Positions 28,901 through 46,065 of a stretch of 64,000 nucleotides of DNA are shown one piece after another (the first letter of the stretch is position 1; each line of letters starts with the position of its first letter). The stretch comes from the human T2T-CHM13v2.0 reference genome, Homo sapiens. The stretch lies in NCBI RefSeq assembly GCF_009914755.1, contig NC_060934.1. The stretch is one strand, 5' to 3'. Under the pieces are notes generated by a model. That model did no database searches. It had not been told where the DNA came from and saw only the letters and a program-made list of their open reading frames with translations. Both the position numbers and the translations under genes were made by a program.

Positions 28901-29972
28901 CACCTTCCATCCAGGAGGCAGAAAGCCTTGCTATCATACTTAACAATGAGAAAAGACTGCATGCACTACAAAGTCATCACTTTTCTTGAGCTCACCAGGG
29001 AGGTGAGCTCACAGGGCAACCAAGTATCCTGAATTCCAAGGGGGCAGGTCCCTCCAAGGAGAGGCAGGATGTGCAGTCTGGCTCACTTGGGCAGTGCTTG
29101 GAGGAAGGGGCAGCCTCCATTAAAGTGGGTAAGAAGAAAGAAATCAGTTCAGTTTTAACAAATTGTTGGAAGCCAGGTGTGGGCTGGCGTGTCGGTCTGA
29201 GACAGCAGGGGGCCCAGACAAGGTGAGAGTTTGCACACACTAACTGCTTCCTCTCTGTGCATGCTCTCAGAGTGCTCATCCGGTGAGGGAGTGGGGAAGG
29301 ATGAGGGAAGGAGAGGGACCCACTCAGTAGTGTGGGGGCTGAAGGGGCTGTTTTTGCTGTGGGAAAAGCGCCCAACCCCCTGTCCTAAGCCCCCTGTTCA
29401 GTGGAGCAAAAGCCTTAAGCCACAGGCTGAGGGCCAACAAACCCTGTCACTCCCAGGGCACGCACAGCCCCATGGTGGCTCATTTCTGGTAGGAGAACCC
29501 CCCTACCCTTGGGGGAGGTCCAGGAAACCGTACTGGGACCAAGATCCTATGTTAATATCATTCCAGGTCAGCTGCCTCTGGGGCAGAGTGGGAAGCTCTC
29601 CCATGAAGGACCTGCCCCGGATATAAGGCAGGGTCCACTGCACTGAAGCGGATGGGTGGGAAGGCTGAGAAAGCTCCACAGCCCCGGGAAGCAGAGAGCC
29701 TACACTTACCTCCTCACCACAAACCTGGTAGTGGGCAGCCAGCCTGGTAGTCACCACCGGGAGAAGGGCAAGAGTATGGAAAATATGAAGAAAGACACCT
29801 CCTTCCTGTGGAGCCACTGGGGATATGGCAATTACTATCACAACGAGAGACCGCTGTACACCTCCAGAATGACTGGATAAAAGGCCACCTGACCCTACCA
29901 TGTGCTGATGAGGAGGTGGCATCGCTGGAACTCTCATGCTTTGTTGGTGGACATGAAAAATGCTTCAGCCAC

Positions 29973-30521
29973 TTTTTTTTTTTTTTTTAGTGCAGTTAAA
30001 TTTTACATATATTTTGTGGTTATTTGACTAGTGTCTGCTGTGTTAGCTTCTTAGGGCTGCCACAACAAATTATCACAAACTTGGTGGCTTATTCTCTCAC
30101 CATCCTGGAGGCCAGAAGTCTGAATGGAGGCGTCAGCAGGGCCATGCTTCTCCCAAGGGCTCTAGGGAAAAGTCCTTCCTCACCTCTTCCAGCTGCCGGT
30201 AGCTCCTGGAGTTCCTTGGCTTGTGGCAGCATCACTCCTATCTCTGCCTCTGTCTTCACATGGCCTCCTTCTCTGTGTCTCTACATCTTTTTCTTCCATG
30301 TCCAGAACCCAGGAGCACATTCTTCACTGAAATCATTCTCTGCTGCAGCTTTTGGAATCCGGTCACTCTTGAAAACACCAAAGGCCACTGGAGCCTACAG
30401 CTGCCCATCATGTCAAGATCTGCTGGTATCACGGTAGCACTCAGCAGTGGCAGCCCATTGCTTCAGCTCCTGGAAGAACAAAAGGCCATCTGCTGAGTCA
30501 GAGGTCCCACCAGAAGCCAAG
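29973..30521 (-). pseudogene. Candidate processed retrocopy / orphan transduction of a non-coding RNA: unique sequence + MLT1C-like fragment + poly(A)
   Basis: 16-T run at the left end, TSD tcagccactt at 29965-74 and 30522-31, interrupts contiguous L1 sequence. Confidence 0.7.
30039..30280 (-). mobile_element. MLT1C-like LTR 3' fragment, inside the retrocopy
   Basis: tgtgttag..agggctgcc.caacaaattatcacaaactt.gtggctta...ggaggccagaagtc...tctgcctctgtcttcacatggcc. Confidence 0.8.
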
Positions 30522-30529
30522 TCAGCCAC

Positions 30530-31620
<1,091 letters not shown>

Positions 31621-32480
31621 GACAGTGAGGAAAATATTATTGGAAAAAAAGAAGATTCAAGAACAAGTAGGAACACTCTTTCTTCTGTAACCTGGAAGAG
31701 AAGAATGGTACCCACTGAACTCATGCTTGGCTTCTAGCAGCCTAGAATACCATTGAGAAGAGGGAGAGCAATGAGCTAAAAAGAGGGCCTTGGACAGTCT
31801 TCTAAGTTAGCAAATGATTCTCAAGGTAAGAAGTGGCTTCATGGTAAAGGTCAACTCAAGGGGAAAGCTGTAAGACTCCTGTTATGACCTTAGAAAGATT
31901 TAAGACTCTGTCTTACAGATACTTTCAGGTAAACAATAGGGCTTCTAAGAATCTGCTTGATGTGCTTCCTAGACCAACTTTGCCAGGCAAGAGGGCTGTT
32001 AAAGACCTTAAGAATTTTGTTCCTCAGCACCCTGACTCTTGGACCAAGGTACACAGGGGCCTCTCTTCAAGAGATTTGTGGCTGTAATTTTTGTCCGATA
32101 GAAGGAACCTCAATAAGGTCTATAGGAACCTCACAAAACTTTTAGTAGAATTGTATTGGTACTGGCACTACCAACTTGAACTAAAGACAGAGACAATTCA
32201 AAACAAAAAGAGTCCACTGTACCTCCTACCTTTCAGAATCAGACTGAAAAGCTACTCCACTTCAAACATGGACATATCTAAAAGAAAAGATAAGTCAGAT
32301 TTCAGAGATAAGAGCTTGGCTGTTTGAGCCAAGAGCTATAATCACTTCCAGGGAGCAGGACTGGGCTATCACTGGGGAACTGGCAACATGTGCCCTGCTG
32401 GATTTTAGAATTACCATGGGCCCAAAACTGCTATGTGCCCTCTTCCTTTTCTTTTTTCTTTTGAACAGGAGTGTTCAAGT
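31621..32480 (+). mobile_element. MLT1 internal (MaLR-int) sequence
   Basis: gtgaggaaaatattattggaaa start and tgccctgctggatttt..catggg end resemble MaLR internal consensus. Confidence 0.5.
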
Positions 32481-32539
32481 TGTCTGGGGCCCCATGTTGT
32501 GCTGAAGCGGCCTCAACTTCCCTCTTTTGATGCCTCTGT

Positions 32540-32860
32540 CTGTCAGGATGGGCTGGATAATGCTGCAATAACAAGTAACCCCCAATCTCAGTGGCTCAAC
32601 ACAACAAAAATTTCTTTTTTTCTCTTATAACATGTTCAATACAGGTAGACAGAGGGACTCTATGCCTTGTAGTTACACAGGAACCCAGGCTGATGGAGGT
32701 TTCATCTCTCATATTTTTCCATAATCGCTGCAAAAGTGGGGTGAGATTGTGGGGGGTTAGCAGCAGTGGATCTTAAGTTTTAGCTCACATGGCTGTGCCT
32801 AGCTTCAAAGAGAGTGGGGAAGTGCAAATCTACCATGTGCCCGAAAGCAGAGTGCTGGAA
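32540..32860 (-). mobile_element. Old MLT1 (J/K-like) LTR fragment
   Basis: tgctgcaataacaa...atctcagtggct.aacacaacaaa...ggaacccaggctgatggagg. Confidence 0.65.
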
Positions 32861-33195
32861 TTCTGCATTTGATGAATTACATGAAGGACTTTCATAGGGA
32901 CCCACTATCCCTGTGATGAAGCACCTAGTGAAATCAGCTGCTGGCCCAGGTAGAAAGAGAAGTCACCCTTTAGGCTACACATCCTGGGACTGGGGACCTG
33001 GGCCATGTGAAGCTGTAGGGTGTGGCCTGGTCTAGGGAAACTATTGTGCCTCAAGGGACCTCTGGGCCACCCTAGTAGAGTCTAGAGGCTGGTAATATCT
33101 GGATTTCTTTGGGCCATCTCCTGATCATCCCATTCTACCCCCCAGAATTTTGCCTCTCCATTAAAATAATTCAATAGTCACCTCTTCCGAGGGGC

Positions 33196-34579
<1,384 letters not shown>

Positions 34580-35379
34580 CCTGGGAGCCTTCACTGCTGA
34601 ACCTGCCCGATTCCTGCCCACCCTATAGGTCTCTTTCCTCAGTGCTTCATTTCCTTTTTCCCTTGCTCCTGAAGGGTGAAGAATGACACATCTTTGAATC
34701 CCCTGGGGCATCTGGAAATCTGCCCTGCACTTAATACCTTCTCAACAAATGTTTCCCAAATTCATGTTTGTGTATTTCTGCGGGGAGCTGAGATAGCTAC
34801 TCAGCACCATGTAAACTGTATTCAAGAAATATTGTTCAACAGTGACAACCCTGAAACGCTAACATTTATGTAGTATAATCTTTTGCCAGGTCCCACGCTA
34901 AGGATCTAAAAAGGTTTGTAAAAGCTTTGTTTCAAATCATAGAAGGAGCATGTGCTGATAGTAAAAAAAGAAAGAAAAAAAAGGGTGGGCCCATATGGTT
35001 GGTATAAAGAGAAAGGTAAAAATCCCCTCTGCCACCCCGCTCTGTACCCACCCCAGGTCGCCAGGCGGAGGTCACCACAGCCTCTGGAGGCAGCGTCTGC
35101 CCTGAGGTCTGGCTCTTCTGCTTGCTTAATTGTGGGATCTTGAGCAAGTTACTTAACCTTTTGCAATATCAGTGTCCTCAACTGTAAAATGGGGATAATA
35201 ACAATAGCAGCCTTGTGGGAGGTTGTAATGATTAAATGAGACATTTCATGTTGAGTGTCTGGCAGTGCCCCCTGTATCCTCTCAACCCCACCCTGAACAT
35301 GACCTTCAAGAGCAAGACTTTGCCCTCTCTGCCTGGGGAGGCTCCCTGCCCATCGAAGATGCTCTGCCCACAAGCTGGA

Positions 35380-35580
35380 CAGGCTGCAGATGACAGGGAG
35401 TTAATACCCTACTCTCAACCAATGTAGGATGGGGGTTGGTGGATACGTATCCACTTCCTTATCCCTTGGTGGAAGGATTCTGGTGTGTTTACACCGTCGC
35501 TCCGAGGGTCCCCAGCAGGACTGAGTGATAACCTGCTCGTTCGTGCTTGCTTACTCGGCTCTCCTCCCTCCCCATCTAAC
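35380..35580 (+). mobile_element. LTR16-like (ERVL) fragment
   Basis: ccaatg..ggatggg.gttggtggata...gagggtccccagcagga.tgag...taacctgctc. Confidence 0.6.
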
Positions 35581-35599
35581 CTGCTGTTTTTTTTTTCTT

Positions 35600-36620
35600 A
35601 ATTCAAGGTTGTCCTTTTGTTATTGGTTTGTAGAATTACAACCCTTTGTTGATTATCTATGTTGTAAATATTTTCTCCGAATCTCATTTACTTTTTAGCT
35701 TAGTGACATAAAGAAATGTTTAGTTCTTAGATAGCCCAGTCTGCCTGACTTTTCCTTTACAGTTTCTAGACTTATGTCTTGCTTAGGAAGGACTTTCTCA
35801 CCTCAAGATTAACAAATAGCTGTGTCTCTATTGCCTCTTAGTACTTTTTCAGTTGGTAAAAAGTTGGTAAAAGATTTGTTAATCTCTTTGGAATTTACTT
35901 TTGGCTATGATGTGAGAAATAATAAGAATAAGAAAAGTAACAATTATTTTATTTCCAAATAGATAAACAATAATCTCATACTATTTTTTAAATACAAAGA
36001 ATAGGCCATCCTTTCGCCACTGATTGGAAATGCTACTTTTGTAATATACTAATTTCCCATAATCCCCATAGCTTGGTTTCTGGGTTCTTTGTTCTGTTCC
36101 TTTGATCCACCGACTCCATCCTGTTTTAATTTCTCTAGCTTTATAGTTCATTTTGATATCTGGTACATCAAGTCCAATCTCATTTTTCTTCTTCAAAATG
36201 TTCTTGCCTATTCCTGCTTGTTTACTCTTTCAGATGAGCTTGAAAATCAGCTTGTCAAGTTCCATAAAAATCCCTTTAGGATTCTGATTGTGAATGCATT
36301 GAATTTATAGATTTAATTTGGGAAGAATTGACATCTTCATATTATCGGGTCTTTCCATCTTGGAGTGTGATATATCACCCTATTTATTCAGGCCTTCTCT
36401 ATGCCCTTCAGTAAAGTTTTACTGTGTTCCTCATGCAGGACTTGGACATGTCTTGTTCAGTTTATTCTTAGGTGTTTTATAGTCAGCGTTGGCTGCTATG
36501 CACGGGATGATTGCTTCATTACATTTCTAATTGGCCTTTGCAGGTATATAGGAGAAGTGTGGATTTTGATGTGGTATCTTGTCTCCAGTCATGCTGATAA
36601 ACTCTCTATTTAGTTCTAAT
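35600..36620 (-). mobile_element. Old L1 ORF2 fragment
   Basis: Minus-strand peptide GLDVPDIKMNYKAREIKTGW resembles L1 ORF2p ([23 protein letters not shown]). Many stops. Confidence 0.8.
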
Positions 36621-37634
36621 ATTTGTCAATGGATTAGAAAAACTTTGAACCAGTCATGCTGTCGCACACAGGATGGGCCTCCAGGGAAGGGGCAAGGAGC
36701 TCCGCAGTCCTGATGGCCGCTATTGAATCCACGGATCCTGTTAGGGCTGCTGTAGAGACTGCCGTGCATATGGTTCAGAGCTTTGGACAAGACAGCCTTT
36801 AGATCCTTTCCCATTCTAAGCTTCTAACATTCACAATTCCGGTGCCTGTCTGCTTCATGCACTATCTCCCAGTTGCATAACGACCAAAGCCAAGTTCCCT
36901 TCCTTCCCTCCCTCCTTCCTTTTCTTCCTCAACTATACTTTGGTTTCTACCTGCCAAGCTGTGTCAGGTTCTGGGAAGGTGGGGAGGGAGAGATCACGAT
37001 GATTGCTGCAGAGATAAGTGCTCCACACCCTTGGGATGCAAATGATGTTACTTAAATCGCCTCAGACTAGAATGTGGTAGAACCCCCGTGCCCCGCCATG
37101 GGCTGGATATACAATCTACACTTGGGGGGCTACCCCGCCTCCTACCCCACCTCCCTAAGTGGTTCATGAACCCTAGGGTTTGCCCGATCCCAAAGGAGGG
37201 CTTCCACTCTCAAGGAACCCAGAGCCACGCCGCCTCTCCCCACTGCTGTCCTTGCCTTTGCCGCGCAGGGTGCCGCCATCAGGTCCTGTTGTGCTTCTGC
37301 TCAGGGAAAGTCTCCCAGGCTCCTGCCCAGGGGTGGCAGCTCCCTGAGCTGCCAGCCTTCTATGCAGGTGCCCCCAGGGAGGGCCCCTATCCCTCGGCAA
37401 CCAAGACTGCTCCTCAGGGGCCCTCTCGGCAGTTCTCCCAGGGCATCTGCCCCACAGCCCGTAGATCAGGACAGCAGGGTCAGGCTCCTGCCTCATGAAC
37501 CTTGAAACTGGCCCCTCTGGTCCCCTTCCTGGGCCCACAGAACTGCCCAGGGCTGCTGGTCCCCTCCCTGCACCCCCGGCTCTTTCCACCCATCTCTCAC
37601 AGGGGGCTGTGATGATTGCCCATCAGAAGGGCCC

Positions 37635-37840
37635 AGAGTGGTGGCTTTCCATCAGGGTGGTAGTGAATTTTTTCCCCCAGGGGACAGTTGGCAAGGTTTG
37701 GTTGTCACACTGGGGATGGCAGTGCTGCTGTCATCTAGTGAGTGCCAACCAAGGAAGCTGCTGAACATCCTATAGTGCATGGGACAGCCCCTCACAAGGA
37801 AGAGCTGTTCAGCCCCAAATACCAATAGTCCTGAGGGTGG
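37635..37840. mobile_element. MER20 hAT-Charlie element
   Basis: ccccaggggaca.ttggcaa..ttggttgtcaca.tgggg...catctagtg...ctgctgaacatcct. Confidence 0.75.
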
Positions 37841-37855
37841 GGCCCTGGTCCACTG

Positions 37856-38644
<789 letters not shown>

Positions 38645-40230
38645 GTCTAGACATCAGAAATGGTAAGTTCCAGTTTCCTCCTTAGGGAGGCAGAACCTGC
38701 CACCTCTTCCTCTCTGATGGGCCAGACTGCCTTCCCGTCAGAGAAGGGCAGAAGGAGCTTTTGGCAATAGTGGTAGAGACTCAACACATGACTTCAGTTC
38801 TTAGTGTGTCCCTGCCATGCTGAGAACCAGTGTCTTCTCTCAGGGACCTTCTGATCTAGGGAAGGAGATGATCACACCAATGCTACAGGTGACAAGTGCT
38901 CTAACAGAGGCCGTGAGGCCAGGCTGCAGTGGAGTGACAACAACTCTACACATGGGAAGCACTCACATTGGAGGGGGTGCTTAGAGTAAGCTTGAAGATT
39001 CATTAGGAGCTGGCCAGGCAGAGGCAAGATTGGGCGGGGGGATGACCCGGATGGGCACCCGGGCAGAGAAGGTGGCTGAGCAAAGGCCAGCCAGTCTGCG
39101 AGGTTGTGGCGTGCTCCTCTAAGTGAAGACCTGAGAGCACTGAAGAGGTTGGAGAGGCTCATGGCGACAGGCTCTGCATGGTTCTGTGTAGGTTCCCCTG
39201 GGGAGCCCAGTTCCCAGCTCTGCTCCATGAAGGAAGTAGACTTGGACTTGGCCCAACTTGCTTTCCGCCTTCCCTGCAACACTTCTGTCCACCAGAAGGG
39301 GGCAGGGCCACCTCAGGAAACGAGACCCATTCTGTGGGGGGCTCAGTCAAGGTTCAGTCCTGAGTTAGGTGAGACCTTTCAATCCTCAGTGGACAGGTAC
39401 TGAGCTTCAGGCCCCGTGCTGGGACCTGGGTGCACTAAGACGAGCCCCACCCCTTGCAGCCTGTGTCCGCAGTGTCCCAGGCCGAAGGGATTGTGGGGGT
39501 TTCAAGGAGGCAGTGGGCAGCTCTGCCTAGGGGGAGGCCGGAGGAAAATGAGGACCAGCTCCCTAGAGGAGGCAACTCTTAAGCTGAAGCAAGAGAAGAA
39601 GTTGCCTTCTCGGCTGACAGGGTTGTGAGGTGTGCCACTCTGAGGGGGCACAGCAAGCGGCATGGAGGTGTGACCGCGGGCATGTCTGGTTGCTGGCTAT
39701 GTCCTGGATCCTAGAGCACAGGGTGCAAGGGGCTGGGGTGACTGGCCATGGCTCGTGGGGGGCCCTGGAGCCACATGCACGAACTCCATTCTGGTGCAGC
39801 AGGGAGAACAGACAGAATTTCCTTTTTAAAAAACAAAAAAAAATTTCTTATGAAAACTATCAAATAGGCACCAAGTACAGAGAAGAGTTCATGGACCCCC
39901 ATGTACCCAGCACCTGGCACCAACAGAGATCTACCAGCTTCTCATCCATTCTCCCTCCACATTTGTACAAACCTTTTATAGATAGAAATTGTTAAACATA
40001 CCAAAGAAGGGAGACTGGCATAACGATCCCCACAGACGCACCAGCCAGCTCCACCAGGAAGTTTCCAGGCTGGTCTCGGCCGCCCACTCCTTCCCACCCT
40101 CAGATTATTCTGAAGCAAATCACATAGCATTTTATATTTAAATATTTCAGTGTATATCTCTAAAAATGAGAGACTCTTTAAAAACACAGGCTTGCACTAC
40201 TATGATAACACCTGAACAATGTGCACACCA

Positions 40231-40519
40231 TTGTTTTTTTTTGTTTTTTTTTTTTGAGATGGAGTCTCTCTCTGTCACCCAGGCTGGAGTGCAGTGGCAC
40301 AATATCGGCTCACTGCAAGCTCCACCTCCCAGGTTCACGCCTCCCGAGTAGCTGGGACTACAGGCACCTGCTACTACCCCCGGCTAATTTTTTGTATTTT
40401 TAGTACAGACGGGGTTTCACCACGTTAGCCAGGATGGTCTTGATCTCCTGACCTCGTGATCCTCCCGCCTCGGCCTCCCAAAGTGCTGGGATTACAGGCG
40501 TGAGCCACCGCGCCCAGCC
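40231..40519 (-). mobile_element. AluY/Sc-like element with ~17-bp internal deletion
   Basis: cactgcaagctcc and gttagccaggatggtc diagnostics. Lacks attctcctgcctcagcc. Confidence 0.92.
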
Positions 40520-43500
40520 TATGCATGTCATTCTTTCACTTCATGCCATACCAGGACTGACAGATTTCAAGCCCAGGAATGGCCAGGTTCAGATTGGCAT
40601 TGCAGGAGGGTTGCCCTGGCAGGGAGTGGAGGAGGAAGCTGGGGGAGAAGGGGTGAGGCAGGGCGTCAGCAGGAAACTTTGATGAGGGTCTGGGGGAGAA
40701 GCAGTGGGGACGTGGACTTAGCTAAGCCTGAGCTGTGGAGGGAGGAGGTGTGGAAAGCTTACCAAGTGCCAGACACTCTGCACACAGTCTTAATTAATCC
40801 TCACAAATGCCCCACGAAGGCGATTCTATTATCTCCCCCTTTTACAGACAAAGAGACTATGGCTCAGAGAGACTAAATCGCTCAGAGTGACATAGCAGAA
40901 ATAACAGAGCAAAGTTGCAGCACTGGGCTTCAAACAGGCTGGGTGGTCCCGCAGCTCCGAAGCACGGCCTCCTGCAGCCTGGGGGCCACAGAATGGGAGA
41001 AGACACCTGTGCAGAGCTGGTACGGAGGCAGTGCCCACAGAACTTGGCACCTGCTTCGACGTGAGGGCTGAGGTGGGGGAGCTCCACCCTCGGCTGCAGC
41101 CCTGTGGAGCCCGGGAGCAGGTTTCCGAGAGGCAGCCTTGGGATCGCCCTCCCCGCCTCAGCCACTTCCCTCATCTTTCTTGAGAATCAAGCACGTCTTC
41201 CTCTCCAGCTCCTGCCCCCTGAATAGTTCCATTAGTCTCCAGCCCTGCCCGCCTTCCACCTCCCCTCCACTCCCGGCAGGCCTGTTCATCTTTACTGGGG
41301 CCTGGGAGGAGCAGCCTTTCCCACCTGAGCCTCCCAAGGCCTGGGCACCCCGGGTGGGAGCTCTGGCCCCTGTGGCTTTGAAGGAAGATGGACATGGCCT
41401 AATTGGTCTCTCTTTGTGGCCCAGTGGCCCCCGAAGAGGCCCAGCAATCAATGCTTCTCAATGTCGGAATCAGATTCCTGTACACCGCAAACCAGCCCGA
41501 ACTGCAAGGGCTGCCCCTGTGGGAGCCACAGGGAATCATAGCCACCCGGGGGCCAGAAGGCCCACTAGGGAGATTCGCTTATTCTCTAGAGGAGGAGACA
41601 GACAGCCAGAGAGTGAAGGACTTGCCCAAGGTCACTGCCAGCTGGGGGTGAGGTGGGCCAGGGCTGGAGTCTGCTGCTGTCCTCTTCCTGCATCCTGCCC
41701 GCCTGGGCCCCTCACTCCGCAGTAAGCACTGAGACAAATGAGGGCTGGACGGGGCTCCCTGGCCCAAGATGCCTAGAGGGGCTCTGGTGGTTTGGACTCT
41801 GCTGGCAGACCCTGACTCTCGGAGATCTCAGCTACCTCAGAGCCAGAGGGCACTTTAGATCTCACCGTGTCCAGCCCCATCCTCACATGACAGTGGAAGG
41901 GGTGGGAGCACAGAGAGAGGAGGGGTCTGCTGTGTCCATGAACCCACCGAGATTTCCTGTCCATGGGGACCATTCTGTTTCTTCTTACTCTCCTCCTTTC
42001 CAACCACCTGTGGGCCAAGGGAGGGAGATGGCCACCGTGGCTGCCCCAGCCTGGGATCCCAGAGGACAGTGGCCTTGGCTCTGCCCCATCCCCATTTCCC
42101 TGCAGCAGGTGTAACAGGACAAAGTCTCCCTCCTCCTGTTAGGTACTGGGCTCACCTCAGTGCTCCTTCTGGAGCCTCTCCAACTCAGCTTTGGGGTGGT
42201 TGGGGGTAGCTGCTGCCCTGGTTAGAGCACTGGATGGGGAGTCCAGAGACCTGGATTTGAGTCCTCAATCTGCTCATTGCTGTGTGATCTTCGGTAAGTC
42301 ACTTCACTTCTCTGAGCCTGCACAGTGGTGATAATTCCAACAGCCCTGCCTCATCAAATGGAGTCAAACCTGGATAAAAACCCTGGACAAGTGTAAGGGT
42401 GGGCCTGTCCTGAGATGGCCAGAGAGAATGTCCAGAAGGTGGTCCTTCCTGGGCCCCAGAATACTAATTCCAGTTATGTTGCTGATCTGCTGTGTAGCCC
42501 TGGGCAGATGGCCAACCCTCTCTGGGCCTCATAAAAACATGGAGATAAATGCTTCTCTCTGCTGTGGTATCGACCTCCTGGCAACAAGGGGAAGTTAAAT
42601 GTGGAAGAGCTTTAAGAACCTTAGAAGAAAGGCCATCTATAAACATAAGAGATTATTAACACCATCCAATAATCATGCTGTCTGCTGACAAAAGTAATGA
42701 CCCCCCGAAGCTGGGCATGGAGAGCAGCCATGTCAGCACACGGCGGCTCCAAGCAGGGCTTCCTCTTAGCTCATAACGCTCTGTGTATGTTTATGTGGGG
42801 TTTTGCCTCTACAAACCAACCACGAATTAGTTCTTCCGTGGATGTGCCCAGAAGGGAGGCAGGAAGGGCAGGGGATGATGAGAGCTGGAGCCCCAGGAAG
42901 GAGGTGTCTAGCCTGGACACCCAGCCAGGTAAGGATGGGTGCGGCTGGGAACCAAAGGTTCTCCTGGTTCTCAGTGCCCACTTCTGCTGCTCGCTGTCCT
43001 GAGCACCTGGGCAGATAGCGTTCCCTCTCTGGGCCTCAGTTACCCCACCAGGGCTGTCAGTGCAGGAAGGTGGGGAGGCATTAGGGGATGTGTGACTTCA
43101 AATCACCTTCTGACTTGCCCACTCCCCCTTTCTTCTCTGTCCTGCTGGAAGCTTGGTGTCGGCACAGGGAGGTGCCCATTGTACTTTAACCCCAAGCCTG
43201 GGGAATCCCACGGTGGGTCGTCTCTGTGGCCACAACCTCTTGGCGGTGCCCAGGAGTCAGTAGCATGTCGTGGACTCTCTGAGCCTCTATTTCTCATCTG
43301 TCCCCACCCTGCCAGGTGGGAGTGCCCAGATCCTGGGTGCAGGGAGCCAGCCATGTGCGGCCTTGGGTGGGGTTATTATTCTGCAGCCCTTCCACAGGGC
43401 CCAGGCTGAGCTGCGGGATGATCCTCAGCCCAGCAGGCCGACCCATGGGTGGCAGGGAGGCTGTCTGGGTGGGAGAGAGGCTGTGCCTTGCCGCTGTCAT

Positions 43501-44829
43501 TTTTTATCCTCGCCGAGGCCTGCAGGGCCTTTCCCCCATCCCCGGCTCCGCTGCCTTTTCTCTCTTTAGACAACTGCCCTCATTCTGTCTCCCGCTCGCC
43601 ACACTGCCTATTTTTAACTTTTGGCTTTGGGGGAGGTGGAGGAAGGGAGGTCGGTTGGTGTTTTTTTCCTCTGTCCTCCTCCCTGGTCTCATGTCCTTTC
43701 TGGGTCCTCCTCTGGGGGTCTTCCTCGCCATCTGACCTCCCCAGGCTCCTCACAGCCCTTCTGTCCTGCCTGCCTCCTTGCCTGCTCCTCTCCTCCTCTC
43801 TCTGCCTCTGGACTCTTCTGCCCAGGCCCCTCATCTGCTTCTGTTTCTGCTGCCTCTCCCAGGGGACCCTCGCAGGCCCCATCCCTGTCCCCATGGCTTC
43901 TCTTCAGTGGCAGCAGTGGCAGCAGTTGGTCGGAGCACTTGCTCTTGCCACAATCCCTCCTGACAGCTAGTGGCGGCTGACACAGGTGACCTCTCCCTTT
44001 TTCTGGAAACCTGACCTTTTCCTGGAGTTCACACCCTGCCAGGCGTGCGTTTGTGGGGGACACTCCCTTCCCCCATTAACGCTGGTGCTGGCTGGTGAAG
44101 TGGGCAGCTGTGGGGGTGCCTGCCCAGCATGCTTCCGCCTTCTTTGACTGCCAACACCTAGATTTTCCTCGGACTCCCTCCCCACCCACTCGCCCCATTG
44201 TTTGGGTGGGGCTGATCCACCTCCTGGCTTCAGAGATGTCCTGTGTCCAGGCCTGGCCAGGGTGAGCCCAGCCTAGGTTTCTGCCAGATAGGAAAAGGGG
44301 TCTTTCCTCTTGCTTATGTGGTGAGACGTCAGCTTGGAGCTGCCTGGGTGTCTTGGCCACTGCAGGGAGAGACTGCCTGAGGAAGAGGCTAACAGGGAGG
44401 AGAGCGGAGCTGAGTGACGGAAGGAGAAGGAGAGACTCCCAAGCTCTCAACTGAGCACTTGGACCCAGCGTTCCCTGATTTTGATGTTTCGGTTCCATGA
44501 GCTGAGGTTTTTTTCCCTTCAGCCATTTGGAGTTTGTTATTTGACACTGAAAGAGTCCTGGCTGTTCTGCTGGGATGCCGTCTGCCCTCTTCCCAGTCCA
44601 CCGTCTGCCCCGCCGCCCTGCCCCACTCTATGGCTTCCCCTGTCCTATGGCTGGTCATAGTCCTAAGTTCCCAGCCCAGAACGTGCTCCTGGACTTCAGG
44701 CCTGTGCTATCAGCTGCCCCTAGACACTTTTGATGGGATGCCTTGTGGGGGCACTCAAAATGCAACATGTCCCAAACAAAACTCATTCTCTGTCCTTTGT
44801 CTTCTAAGGTTTTCTAATTGGCGATGAAT

Positions 44830-44990
44830 GCTTCCTTCATTCCACCCATCTTTCCATCCATCTTCCTTCCTTCCTTCCTTCTTCCTTCCTTCCTTCTTCC
44901 TTCCTTCCTTCCTTCCATCGTTACATCCACCATAGTGTAATGTTCCATCCATCCATCCATCCATCCATCCATCCATCCATCCATCCATCC
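44830..44990. repeat. Compound (CTTC)n / (CATC)n tetranucleotide microsatellite
   Basis: cttc run ~44862-44915, about 11 perfect ccat units ~44944-44990. Confidence 0.92.
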
Positions 44991-46065
44991 ACACACTCAC
45001 TTACCCATTCATTTCACCTCCTTCTCCTCATGACAACAATGATGATAATAATAACCTATGTTTATTGAGGGCTTTCATGGTGCTAGATACTGTTCTAATC
45101 AATTTACACATACACATTTAACCCTTTACACATACACATTTAACCCACATTACACCCACATTACACGTACACATTTAACCCTCAAAACCAACCTGTGCAA
45201 TAGGTAGTATTACTGACTTAGAGGTGAGGAGCCTGAGACACAGCAGGGTTAAGTAGCTTAGTGTCACTAAGTGCACAGCCAGGGTTCCTCGTTGCTGAAG
45301 CCGGAGACTTGGGAATTGTCCTCATGTCACCCCATCATCCTGAACATTTGGTCATCACATCCTGCCAACTCTGCCTCCAAAGCTCCTCTCAGACTAGCCT
45401 GTTTCTCTCAAATGACCTACCTCAGGGCACCCCCATGTCTTTCTGAGATCACAGTCCCAGCCTCTAGGCTCCCATCCCCCTCCACTACCCCATCGCTTCT
45501 CAGCCAGGCCCACCCTGCTGGGTACCCTCCATGAGAGCCCATGGCACAGGCAGGTGGGCCTTGCTGAGAATGCATCTGCTGCAGGGCCGAGGCCACATCT
45601 GGGCTTTCACCGTCACATCCCCTGAGCTCCAATCAGTCCCTGGCTCAGGCCAGGCACTTAACAAATGTTGTTAAGTGAAATGAGGCATGGACGGCAGCTT
45701 GGGAACCACCCAAGGGTCCTGAGCACACGTGGAGTTGGCCGCTGGCTTCCAGGACAACATGCCCCCAGTGTACACTGAAGGCCTCAGTCACAGGTTCTCG
45801 CCTCCTTCCATCCCTTCCATTCTGGGATGGCTCCAGCCACCTCAGCAGATGTTCTTGCTGATGGGTGAGGGCTATGTCAGGAACAGCTGAATGTCTGCGG
45901 CCGTTGTTCAGCTAAACACCTCTGTCCACCCACCTCCAGACAGTCTCAATCCCTCCACCCCCACTCCCTCTTTGATGACTTATGGGCGGAGAACATCCAG
46001 AGCTGGGTGGGGACAGGGGGACTCTGTGCTCCTGCTGCTACCCCTCACCTCAGGTGGGTGTTACC

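Noticed and set aside
35981-36196. Peptide resembling a reverse-transcriptase-protein segment
   Set aside because: Decayed L1 ORF2 fragment with stops, not an active element or a novel RT system
44755-45000. ORFs with WMDG/KEGR repeats, and the RE-repeat ORF at 49091-49429
   Set aside because: Translations of microsatellites
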